A stretch of DNA of 35,575 nucleotides, from IMG/VR virus record IMGVR_UViG_2579779007_000007. One strand, 5' to 3'. Shown piece after piece: positions 6,652 to 15,448 of the stretch (position 1 is the stretch's first letter; each line of letters opens with the position of its first letter). The stretch comes from a virus (lineage: Duplodnaviria; Heunggongvirae; Uroviricota; Caudoviricetes). Below the pieces are notes generated by a model. It had not been told where the DNA came from. It saw only the letters and a list, made by a program, of their open reading frames with translations, and ran no database searches. Both the position numbers and the translations under genes were made by a program.

Positions 6652-7458
6652 ATGAATACTGTTACTGCTATGAATACTACTAAAACCGCTTCCGTGTCTC
6701 TGGTTGTTGATAACACCAAACCGCTGACCATGTCTTCTCGTCAGATCGCTGAATTTACCGGAAAGAAACACTTTCACGTAAAACGCGACATTCGCGAAAT
6801 GCTGATTACCTTAGAATTAGATGAATCCAAATTTGGATGCATCTTTTTTGATCAATATGGACGCGAGCAAACAGAATATCACTTGAATGAAGAACTGACT
6901 CTGACTCTTGTCACTGGTTACAATATCCAGATGCGAAACGCGGTTATTCAGGAATGGAAGCGACTGAAAGAAGAAAATGAAAAACTTCGCTCTACTCCGG
7001 TTAACCCGTATGCAGACTTTGAAGAAACCGACTGGATCGAACTGGCGTTAAAGAAAACTCGCGAGAACAAGCAACTGATTACTCTACATCATCGCAAATC
7101 CGTAGATAGCCATTCAATGACGCGTTTGTTAGGTGCTAAAAAGGGCGCTACGAAGGTTAAAGAAGCACTGACGGCCTTACGTACTGCCGGATACATTGAG
7201 CGCGTCTATGATGAAAATAACAAGCCGTGTGGGTATGTTGCTAATGATTCCGCGATACCGTTTTGCAGCATGAACGCTCACTATCAACTTTCTTTCACTG
7301 TTGATGTGCTTCCGGTGCTGGTTGAATTGGGTGTTCTTGAAGAAGAACAAAAAGCAGCTTTGACACTGCCTAAACCGAATAACACGATCATGATTCAGAA
7401 TAAAGCGACTATCATGATTCGTCAGAATGTTGGATCGCTAGAACACTTCGGACTGTAA
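6652..7458 (+). CDS. rha: Rha-family phage regulatory protein (antirepressor-like)
   Basis: 268 aa. N-terminal SSRQIAEFTGKKHFHVKRDIREM matches the Rha-domain signature. RBS AAGGGG. Confidence 0.7.
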   Translation: MNTVTAMNTTKTASVSLVVDNTKPLTMSSRQIAEFTGKKHFHVKRDIREMLITLELDESKFGCIFFDQYGREQTEYHLNEELTLTLVTGYNIQMRNAVIQEWKRLKEENEKLRSTPVNPYADFEETDWIELALKKTRENKQLITLHHRKSVDSHSMTRLLGAKKGATKVKEALTALRTAGYIERVYDENNKPCGYVANDSAIPFCSMNAHYQLSFTVDVLPVLVELGVLEEEQKAALTLPKPNNTIMIQNKATIMIRQNVGSLEHFGL

Positions 7459-7466
7459 TAATTTTT

Positions 7467-7491
7467 GCCCCTGAATTTCAGGGGCTTTTTT
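7467..7491 (+). terminator. intrinsic terminator after rha
   Basis: GCCCCTGAA-(a)-TTCAGGGGC followed by TTTTTT. Confidence 0.7.
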
Positions 7492-7503
7492 GTATCTGTA
7501 GGT

Positions 7504-7532
7504 ATAAAAAAAGCCAACCCCGAAGGATTGGC
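7504..7532 (-). terminator. intrinsic terminator for the minus-strand 85-aa gene
   Basis: On the minus strand: GGCCAATCC-ttcg-GGGTTGGC followed by seven U. Convergent with the rha terminator. Confidence 0.5.
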
Positions 7533-7540
7533 CTAGAGAA

Positions 7541-7798
7541 TCAAATTCCTGTTGCTTCTACCATTTCACCATCAACCTGAACAAAGAATTTCAAATCAAC
7601 TTTATGAAGGGATTTGTATAGCTGGGCTATGGATAAGCCATGCTCATTTAATACCCGCTCTTTGTTCTCTTTACCTTTCGGTGCTTGATAGTACGCTTTT
7701 ACAATCGCTGCCAGTTGTTCACGATTAAAACGGGCAGGGCGACCGCGAGTAGCTTTAGTAGTCATAGTCATTTTCTCCAAATTAAAGTGAATGTTCAC
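7541..7798 (-). CDS. small DNA-binding protein (85 aa), HTH-like
   Basis: TRGRPARFNREQLAAIVKAYY...GLSIAQLYKSL pattern. Starts 2 nt after the stop of the upstream 201-aa gene. Confidence 0.5.
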   Translation of the reverse strand: MNIHFNLEKMTMTTKATRGRPARFNREQLAAIVKAYYQAPKGKENKERVLNEHGLSIAQLYKSLHKVDLKFFVQVDGEMVEATGI

Positions 7799-7800
7799 CT

Positions 7801-8406
7801 TTATTTAGAGGACTTACATTTTATCGGAAAAAGTTCTCCATCGTCAACCGACATAAAGAACTCTGCCTTAATCCCGTACTTCTTCAACCGTGAATAATAT
7901 GTACCCCGACTAATATCAACCTTGCGCAGCACTTCGAAGAACTCTTTAGGATTCCTGTAATAGTGGCTATATCGCACGTTAGCGAGTTCTACAAACAATT
8001 CCCTTGTATCACCATAGCCTTTCTTGAAAGCCACGTTACGATAGCGTGTAATGGCATGATTCAATCTCTTCTGTTTAAGCACTTCCCTGATCGGCTTCCA
8101 CTGCAACCGATAGATAGGACCGTCATCAATGCGATAATAACGCTTGATATCAAAATCAAACCAATCTCGGACTCTCCGAAACTCTGTATGTGATGTTCTA
8201 TGCTTCTTAAAGAAGTTGTGAACGTCTCTATAGCCATTATCACGGTAAAATTCTATTAAAATCTCTTTCGCTTCCTCACGGCTAAACCCAGATGTTGTGT
8301 AATCGGTCTTTAAGTGCTTATGTTTTACTGGCAAACGATATTCATGATCGGTACAACAAGACAAGGCTAATTCTACTTCATCTCTTTGTTGCTGATTAAT
8401 TAGCAT
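7801..8406 (-). CDS. hypothetical basic protein (201 aa) with C-terminal HTH-like segment
   Basis: Rich in R/K/Y. C-terminal ISRGTYYSRLKKYG is HTH-like. Divergent from the large terminase gene. Confidence 0.55.
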   Translation of the reverse strand: MLINQQQRDEVELALSCCTDHEYRLPVKHKHLKTDYTTSGFSREEAKEILIEFYRDNGYRDVHNFFKKHRTSHTEFRRVRDWFDFDIKRYYRIDDGPIYRLQWKPIREVLKQKRLNHAITRYRNVAFKKGYGDTRELFVELANVRYSHYYRNPKEFFEVLRKVDISRGTYYSRLKKYGIKAEFFMSVDDGELFPIKCKSSK

Positions 8407-8492
8407 ACACCCTCCTTAAATCTTAATACCGTATTTATCAAAATATCAACAATTTAATAAATACCTTCATATTTCGTAATGAGGGTAATTAC

Positions 8493-10400
8493 ATGAAACT
8501 GATTTCTAATAAGGCAAAATTAAAAAAGATTCTCAGAAATGCAGCCAAATATATTACGCCACCGCCTAAACTCCTTCCATCGGAATGGTGCGAAGCGAAT
8601 CTAACGCTAGTCGATGGTCCTCGTGCTGGGGATAAAGTTAAATTGCTGTCATTTCAGAAAGGCATGATTGATGCTCCTTTCCTTGAGAAGAAAAAGAAGT
8701 ACGTTTTTTGTACGAGTGCGCAGATCGGAAAGACGACCATCATGTCAGGGATCATGTTTAACCAGATGGCAAACGATCCGTGTAATATCATTATCGGGCA
8801 AAGTACCGCTAAAGAAGTGGCTATGTACTTGAATACTAAGATCCGTCCTTCTATTGAAGCATGTCCGGCATTACAGGAAGTGGTAACAGATAAGAATGAT
8901 CGTAATGCGGTAAACAACAATAACCAGATTCAGCTAAAAACAAACCATTTCCTTTACATGGTTTCTTTGACCAGTCCTTCAAGTTTGCGCGGGCGTACTG
9001 CCAAGTTAGGGATTGTAGACGAATGCGACGCAGCAACAATCACCGAAGAAGGTTGCCCGGTGGCACTAACTGCAAACCGTTTAACTACCTTTGGTGATGA
9101 AGCTCGATTGATTGTTTCTAGTACCCCGACCAATAAGCTGGGAATCATTAACCAGCAATGGTTATCAAGTGATATGCGTATGTTTTTTGTTCCGTGTCCT
9201 CATTGCGGGGAACACCAGGTGATCGAGTGGGAAAACGTTCAATTTGAATGGCGTAACATTGATGGTAAGAACTTACCCGATCCTGATACCGCTCGTTATA
9301 TTTGCCCCCACTGTAAGAACGCATGGACAGAAGGGGAACGAATCAGGGCAGTAGCGCAAGGCGAGTGGAGAGCAACCCGTGAAAGTGAAGTAGCAGGATT
9401 CTGGATCAGTCGTCTGTATTCACCTTTCAGCACGATCCGCGCTTGTGTGGTTGATTTTAGTCATGCGTGGCAATCCTTTGATTTACAATCCTTTTTTAAC
9501 ACCGTGTTAGGCAAGGTATACGACGATCAGGACACGGCAGTAGAAGCAAATGAACTGGAACAACTCAAAACAGATGTTTCTATCGAGAATATCCCTGATG
9601 ACGTGATTTTCTTGTGTGCGGGTACTGACCAGCAATTAGATCGCGCAGAAACTACGATCATGGGCGTGGCAAAGGATAAGATTTATATTCTGGATCACCG
9701 CAGCTTTTACGATCATAACTGTGAACGATATGAATCACCTGTATGGGATAGATTAATCAACTTCCATAAAACCAAATTTACTACTGTATCGGGTGATCGT
9801 GTTCCTATGCTCGCCAGCTTCCTTGATACATCGAACGGTCGATTCACTCAAGCTGGATACCGTATTTGCGGCAAGTGGAAGAACTTACACGCTATCAAAG
9901 GTAGTTCTGCTGGTAACGCTCCGATCATTCCGGTTAAACCTACCCGCACAGGTGGTCATGAATTGCTTATGCTGGGCGTTAACGTTGGGAAATCCGCTGT
10001 TCGTGAAATGCTGGTTAGAAACCTGAAAGATAATCCTCATATTGGCTTAGAAATATCAGAAACCATTCCTGATGATTATCTCGATCAGCTTTTGAGTGAA
10101 TCCATCAAGCGTACTACTACTGGCGTGCGTTGGGTGAAAAATCCAGGTAGTACCCGAAACGAGGCTCTCGACTGTCTGGTTTATAGCTATGCTGCTTCTC
10201 GCTACGTTCTTTCAAAAATGTCATGGGATAAACTCATTGCAATGAAAGACAGCTTAAACCGTGTTGTCGAAGAATCCGTAGAAGCTCCTAAATCGCAATC
10301 TGACGAGCAAATCGAAGAAAATAAGCCAATCACACGACCACAACGTAAAAACATCGCCAGACGCCCAAATAGAGGCCGTAGCTGGGTAACATCGTTCTAA
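8493..10400 (+). CDS. terL: terminase large subunit, lambda gpA family
   Basis: 635 aa. Recalled gpA-family blocks: [45 protein letters not shown]. Confidence 0.9.
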   Translation: MKLISNKAKLKKILRNAAKYITPPPKLLPSEWCEANLTLVDGPRAGDKVKLLSFQKGMIDAPFLEKKKKYVFCTSAQIGKTTIMSGIMFNQMANDPCNIIIGQSTAKEVAMYLNTKIRPSIEACPALQEVVTDKNDRNAVNNNNQIQLKTNHFLYMVSLTSPSSLRGRTAKLGIVDECDAATITEEGCPVALTANRLTTFGDEARLIVSSTPTNKLGIINQQWLSSDMRMFFVPCPHCGEHQVIEWENVQFEWRNIDGKNLPDPDTARYICPHCKNAWTEGERIRAVAQGEWRATRESEVAGFWISRLYSPFSTIRACVVDFSHAWQSFDLQSFFNTVLGKVYDDQDTAVEANELEQLKTDVSIENIPDDVIFLCAGTDQQLDRAETTIMGVAKDKIYILDHRSFYDHNCERYESPVWDRLINFHKTKFTTVSGDRVPMLASFLDTSNGRFTQAGYRICGKWKNLHAIKGSSAGNAPIIPVKPTRTGGHELLMLGVNVGKSAVREMLVRNLKDNPHIGLEISETIPDDYLDQLLSESIKRTTTGVRWVKNPGSTRNEALDCLVYSYAASRYVLSKMSWDKLIAMKDSLNRVVEESVEAPKSQSDEQIEENKPITRPQRKNIARRPNRGRSWVTSF

Positions 10401-10472
10401 TAACTCGCCGTCCTTCGGGGCGGCTTACTCCTAAATATTGTTAATCCAATAACAATTAAATAAGGGGTAATT

Positions 10473-10967
10473 ATGAGTTTAGAACTAATTCCCTTAGTAA
10501 TTCGTAAAGGTGAAAAAATCACGCTGGCGAATGAAGAGGGTGTAACAATTCAGGTAGGAAATAGTAAAGGTATCATTTATCAGGTTGATGATACTCCGGC
10601 TAATCATGAGATTAAAACCTTAGATTTTGCCGAAGGTAAATATACCATCGTAACCACTTTGGAAGAAGAACTGGTATCAATGCAGGAATTAACTGTTTTA
10701 CCAGTATTCGCCAAACAATCCAAAAAAGAATATCTGCGGGAAACTATCGCCTTAATCGAGCAAGTTATTTTCGCCCGTTTATCTGGGGACGAAGCCGCAT
10801 TATCTCAAATGACAGTGAAAGGGAATACTTTCGCCTATGAGTCATTAGGTGTTCTCCAGCAATTAAAGACTGATTATGAACGTCAGTTATCAAAATTAAT
10901 TCAAGCCGAACGACGTAAACAGGGAATTAGCCCGATTAAAAATATTAAAGTACGTCTTACGCGATAA
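10473..10967 (+). CDS. hypothetical head-associated protein (164 aa)
   Basis: Sits between terminase and portal, with the AAGGGGTAAT-type RBS common to the late genes. Confidence 0.55.
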   Translation: MSLELIPLVIRKGEKITLANEEGVTIQVGNSKGIIYQVDDTPANHEIKTLDFAEGKYTIVTTLEEELVSMQELTVLPVFAKQSKKEYLRETIALIEQVIFARLSGDEAALSQMTVKGNTFAYESLGVLQQLKTDYERQLSKLIQAERRKQGISPIKNIKVRLTR

Positions 10968-10977
10968 GGGGTAAATC

Positions 10978-12489
10978 ATGTTTAATCTTTTTCGACGCAA
11001 AAAGGCGGTAGAAACTCCAGTTAAAACTAATCACCGCCAACAACAACCAAAAATTTTCATCGACAAACAAGTAGAAAAATTTCAGAAAGATTTGTCTAAG
11101 CGTTCTTTGGGCTTAGTCGGTGATCGAATTGATGGGCAGCTTCAACAAGATACTATCACCGGAACGTTCAATAAGGCTCTCAAATCGAACGGTAAGCGCC
11201 TTTATGATCAGGGTCGTACTCTGGCCTTAAACACTTCCGTAGGCAGTCGATACACGCAATACATCACCGATATGGTGGTAGGTACTGGCCTAGATCCGAA
11301 GCCGTCAATCGTTAAATCAAATGGCAAACTTGATAGCGCACTGAATAAGCAGATCGAGAATGCTTTCTGGAAGTGGGCGCAGAATGCTAAACGCTTCTCT
11401 CGTAACGGTCGCTTTAACTTCCGTGAATTGCTGGTAATGGCTGAACGTGAGCGCGTTATGGGTGGTGAGTGTTTCATCGTTTTAACTAAAGAAAACAATG
11501 AGTTAAATGTTTCTATCCTGTCTGCTGATAAGTGCGACTGGACTCTCAACCGTGAAGTGAGCAAAGAACGTGCGATATATCAAGGTGTGGAGTATGCCGT
11601 AGAAACGATGAAGCCCGTGGCATACTGGTTTCGTAAAGTCAACCTACTGACTCAGACCTACACTGGTGATAACTATCGCGTCGATGCTTCGCAAGTATGC
11701 CATTATTATCAACCGCTTACCGCCGAATCCCTGCGTGGTGTGACTGACTTCCTGCCAGTGATTAAGGATATCGCACATCAAGATGCATTCCGCGAAACTG
11801 CGATCATCCAGAAACGCATTGCAGCTAGCTCTATGGGCTTTATCGAACGTCCGAAAGATTCTGGTGACGATTTTGATACTGGTGAAGAGGATGAACAATA
11901 TCAAGCGCCGGAAGTAGTACAGGACTTTGCACCGGGTACTATTCAGGAATTGCCGGAAGGGGCAACGATTAAGTCAATTCAGAGCGCCCAAAGTGGCGAT
12001 GACTTTAACAGCTTCAATGATGCGATGTTTACTAGCGTATCAATGGGCTTAGGCGTGTTTAAACAGGGCTTAACTGGTGATACCAGCCAGATCAACTACA
12101 GCGCAGCCCGCTACGGCGAATTGCTTCAACGCACACGAGTTAAAGCACTGCAAAACAAATTAATTGAAACAGTGGTATTGCCAATTTTTGAAGCATATCT
12201 ACGCCATTATTCCGCGCGTGGTATTGTTCCGATTCGTATTACTGCAATTCCGCATATTATCGACAACACTACTATTATTCGTCCGCGTTTTGAATCCGTC
12301 GATCCTATTAAAGACGTAAACGCTGATATTGCTTTAATTGATAAAGGACTTAAATCACGTACTGCCGTTATATTAGAACGTGGTGATGATCCTGAAAAAG
12401 TATTCTCAGAGATTCAAGCCGAAAAGAGCGCACTAAATATTATCGTTGATGGTGAGGGTGAAGAAAAAAATTCCCCAGCCGATCCCTAA
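10978..12489 (+). CDS. portal protein (lambda gpB-like)
   Basis: 503 aa, position after terminase, C-terminal block resembling lambda-type portals. Confidence 0.8.
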   Translation: MFNLFRRKKAVETPVKTNHRQQQPKIFIDKQVEKFQKDLSKRSLGLVGDRIDGQLQQDTITGTFNKALKSNGKRLYDQGRTLALNTSVGSRYTQYITDMVVGTGLDPKPSIVKSNGKLDSALNKQIENAFWKWAQNAKRFSRNGRFNFRELLVMAERERVMGGECFIVLTKENNELNVSILSADKCDWTLNREVSKERAIYQGVEYAVETMKPVAYWFRKVNLLTQTYTGDNYRVDASQVCHYYQPLTAESLRGVTDFLPVIKDIAHQDAFRETAIIQKRIAASSMGFIERPKDSGDDFDTGEEDEQYQAPEVVQDFAPGTIQELPEGATIKSIQSAQSGDDFNSFNDAMFTSVSMGLGVFKQGLTGDTSQINYSAARYGELLQRTRVKALQNKLIETVVLPIFEAYLRHYSARGIVPIRITAIPHIIDNTTIIRPRFESVDPIKDVNADIALIDKGLKSRTAVILERGDDPEKVFSEIQAEKSALNIIVDGEGEEKNSPADP

Positions 12490-12534
12490 TAACCAACGGG
12501 GGCGCAATGCCCCCAATTAATTAAAGGTGATTAA

Positions 12535-14547
12535 ATGCTTAAATTTCGCCGCGATCTTAACGGTTACGGTGGAGTTATTAATGAAGGGCATAACGATCAA
12601 TACGAATTTGAAATTGCTTTCTCAAGTACACAGCCTTATCAGCGCCAATTTTGGGATGAGCAAAATCAAGAAATGGTGGTATTAGATGAAATTCTGGTAC
12701 ATACACCGGAAGCGGTTGATCTGTCTCGTCTGAATAATAACGCTCCGTTGCTGTTCAATCACAATTTCGATAATCACATTGGTGTAGTTTGTAACGCTCG
12801 AATCGATGCGGATAACGTAGGTCGTGCTCTGGTTAAGTTCTCCAAGCATGGGACTTTGGCTAATGATATTCGTAATAAAGTCATTGAAGGTACGATGGAA
12901 AAAATTTCGGTCGGCTATGACATTAAAGAATATCACATCGACTACACCAAAGGACAATTGATTGTTACTAAGTGGGCACCCTATGAACTCTCATTTGTCA
13001 CCGTTCCCGCAGACGATACGGTCGGTTTAAATCGCTCTCTAAATACTATCACAGTTAATTTGGAGGCTAAACGCGATATGACTAAAGAACAAATCGAAGA
13101 AATCAAAGAAGAACAAGAACCCGCTCAGGTTGAAGAAACTCCGGTAGAAGAAAATAAAGAACCGGAAGTTGAAGAAACTCAAGAGCGCCAAGTTGAAGAG
13201 AATAAAGAAGATGAAAATCTCGAAGACGGAAAAGACGCTGAACATCCTGAAAGTGTTGATGATGATAGTTCAACTGTTCGGGAAACAGAAGAAGTAAAAG
13301 AAGAACGTGAAGCTGCTCCGGTTGAAGAAGAAAAAACCGAGGAAGTGGCTGAACGTTCCGAAGAAGACGAATTAGAAATTCGCGAAATTGCACGCGAGTT
13401 AAATATTAACGAAGACGATGAAGAATTTAAACGCGCATTGGCAAATAAAGAAATTACGCCGGAAGCATTCCGCACTAAGGCACTAAATAACATTACCAAT
13501 GCTCAACGTAATAACGAACAAATTAATAAGGAACAAATCATGGAAAAAACTTTCGATCTTAATAACGTAATCCGCTCCCTGGTAGATGGCGACGTGCTCG
13601 GCGCTAACGAAGCTGAATATTCCGCAATGGCTGCTACTGCAACTATGCAGCGTGGTCGTGCTGCTCGTGGTGGCTCTGTATTCGTTCCGGCTGCTGCTAT
13701 GCGTGCTGCTGCTGATGGCAACACCAAAGCTAATCTGGTTGCTATCACTGACGAAAAACTGATGACTGAATCCTACATCGAAATGCTGATGCCTCAGAGT
13801 GTTTTAGGCCGCCTCGGGGTGACTGTTTATAGTGGCTTGACTTCTCCGACCGCTATTCCAAAAATGACTAAATCCAGCGTTGACGCTTTCGGATTCGTAG
13901 ATGAAAATGGCGCTGCCCCCGAGTCACATGCGGAATTTTCGAACGTGAAACTGTCTCCGAAAACTTTTGCTGGTGGCAACCCGATCAGCCGTCAGTCGCT
14001 GAAAACCGTTCCGGGCATCGCTACCCTGATCACCGATCACATTAACAAATCTGTTCGGATCAAACTGGAACAACTGATTCTGTCTGATAAAGAAAATGCT
14101 CGTGGTCCGGCTGGTCTGGTTAAGCAACTGGTAGACGCTAGCCGCGTTACCAAGAAAGCTGCTTTCTCTTATAAAGATTTCCTCAAGGAGATTGCTCAGC
14201 TTACGGACGCTGGCGTTCCTGCTCAGGCGATCAAGTTTGCGATGAGCGGTGCAACTGCTGCTGAACTGGAATCTACCCTGAAAGATAACGGCGTTTCCGG
14301 TTATATCATCGAAAACGGCAAACTGGCTGGTTACGAAGTAGTTACTTCTGGCGTTATTCCGGCAGATCACATCGTTCTGGGTGACTTCTCCGGTATTACC
14401 ATCGGTGAGTGGGGCGGTCTGGAACTTGACATGGATCTAACTACATATCGGGATCGTGGGGCGGTAGTGCCTAGAATCTTTGTAGATTTGGACTACGTTG
14501 TAGCACAGCCGGAAGCGCTGAAAGTTCTTCACATCTCCGCTGACTGA
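12535..14547 (+). CDS. fused prohead protease (HK97/S78-like) - acidic scaffold-like linker - HK97-fold major capsid protein
   Basis: 670 aa. Residues 1-170 match the S78 prohead protease pattern, residues about 180-330 are E-rich, the C-terminal 340 aa are HK97-MCP-like. Ends with TGA. Confidence 0.8.
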   Translation: MLKFRRDLNGYGGVINEGHNDQYEFEIAFSSTQPYQRQFWDEQNQEMVVLDEILVHTPEAVDLSRLNNNAPLLFNHNFDNHIGVVCNARIDADNVGRALVKFSKHGTLANDIRNKVIEGTMEKISVGYDIKEYHIDYTKGQLIVTKWAPYELSFVTVPADDTVGLNRSLNTITVNLEAKRDMTKEQIEEIKEEQEPAQVEETPVEENKEPEVEETQERQVEENKEDENLEDGKDAEHPESVDDDSSTVRETEEVKEEREAAPVEEEKTEEVAERSEEDELEIREIARELNINEDDEEFKRALANKEITPEAFRTKALNNITNAQRNNEQINKEQIMEKTFDLNNVIRSLVDGDVLGANEAEYSAMAATATMQRGRAARGGSVFVPAAAMRAAADGNTKANLVAITDEKLMTESYIEMLMPQSVLGRLGVTVYSGLTSPTAIPKMTKSSVDAFGFVDENGAAPESHAEFSNVKLSPKTFAGGNPISRQSLKTVPGIATLITDHINKSVRIKLEQLILSDKENARGPAGLVKQLVDASRVTKKAAFSYKDFLKEIAQLTDAGVPAQAIKFAMSGATAAELESTLKDNGVSGYIIENGKLAGYEVVTSGVIPADHIVLGDFSGITIGEWGGLELDMDLTTYRDRGAVVPRIFVDLDYVVAQPEALKVLHISAD

Positions 14548-14676
14548 ACTAGCGTAGAACCTTCTGAACCTTCCCCCGATTTGGGGGAAGAAAATCTGAT
14601 TCCATCTCAGGAAGAAGAAGTTCAAGAGGTTACGGCGAAAGCCACAGTTAAAAAACAACGTAAAACTAAAGAATAA
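14548..14676 (+). other. in-frame 42-codon extension after the capsid TGA (candidate readthrough segment)
   Basis: Same frame as 12535..14547, no ATG. Encodes TSVEPSEPSPDLGEENLIPSQEEEVQEVTAKATVKKQRKTKE, then TAA. Confidence 0.45.
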
Positions 14677-14681
14677 TAATT

Positions 14682-14710
14682 AGCCCTGCCTTAACGGTGG
14701 GGCTTTTTTG
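14682..14710 (+). terminator. intrinsic terminator after the capsid extension
   Basis: AGCCCTGCC-ttaac-GGTGGGGCT followed by TTTTTT. Near-identical copy at 20632..20660. Confidence 0.7.
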
Positions 14711-14739
14711 TATGTAAATACTCCATAAAGGGGGTAACT

Positions 14740-15030
14740 ATGTTCAAATTATCAGAATCACAATTATCAAGAATGTTTAAGAGTGCTCCTGTATTTTCGG
14801 TGGAAGGTGGTAAATCAATTCGTGCTTATCATGAAATTACCACTACCGACGAACAAGGGGTAATTACAGAATCAGAATTTCTATTTTGTCGTGAGGGAGA
14901 CTTAAATCAGGGTGATGTTGTCATTGTAGACGGTGAACGCTTCAAAGTTCAATACGTTAAGCGCAATGGTGATAATACTTCTGATTGCTTTATTGCTCGT
15001 GCAGGGGGTACACATGCTCGCTACCGTTAA
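14740..15030 (+). CDS. head-tail connector/adaptor protein (putative, 96 aa)
   Basis: Position after capsid gene, RBS AAGGGGGTAA. Confidence 0.55.
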   Translation: MFKLSESQLSRMFKSAPVFSVEGGKSIRAYHEITTTDEQGVITESEFLFCREGDLNQGDVVIVDGERFKVQYVKRNGDNTSDCFIARAGGTHARYR

Positions 15031-15439
15031 TAATATGCCTAGACTGAAAATCAAACGCGCCTTGCAGGATATTATCGAACAAGATTTAGGTCTGGCTTTA
15101 AACGTAGAACAAACTCAGCAAGGCTTTATTAGTGATGACGTGGTTTGTTGGATTACCGGAATGAATGAGACTTACAATAGGGTCCGTGGTGGTAATGCAA
15201 TGCAAGCTGAATGCGTTATCGAAATGCAGTTGTATTCTCAGAATCATGAAACCAAAATTCATGAGGGTATTTGCCAGATAATCCAGATTCAGCCAGATAA
15301 CCCACGTTTTAAAGATTTGGGCTTCTCAATTTCAGATATCACTCCAGTAGCCTCTAATACCGATTATGACGATGATTCTAGTGATGGGGGTATCGTTGGG
15401 ACACTTAGCCTTAAATTTTCTTATCTAGCGCGTTTTTAA
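15014..15439 (+). CDS. head-tail joining / tail completion protein (putative, 141 aa)
   Basis: Start chosen at the ATG preceded by AGGGGG, overlapping the upstream stop. The ORF-track start at 14933 is probably too far upstream. Confidence 0.5.
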   Translation: MLATVNNMPRLKIKRALQDIIEQDLGLALNVEQTQQGFISDDVVCWITGMNETYNRVRGGNAMQAECVIEMQLYSQNHETKIHEGICQIIQIQPDNPRFKDLGFSISDITPVASNTDYDDDSSDGGIVGTLSLKFSYLARF

Positions 15440-15448
15440 GGGGTAATA

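Noticed and set aside
13039-14370. Minus-strand ORFs inside the capsid gene (13039..13245, 13103..13393, 13179..13499, 13503..13748, 13924..14370)
   Set aside because: They are antisense artefacts of the Glu-rich (GAA/GAG repeat) region and the capsid domain, with no independent signals.
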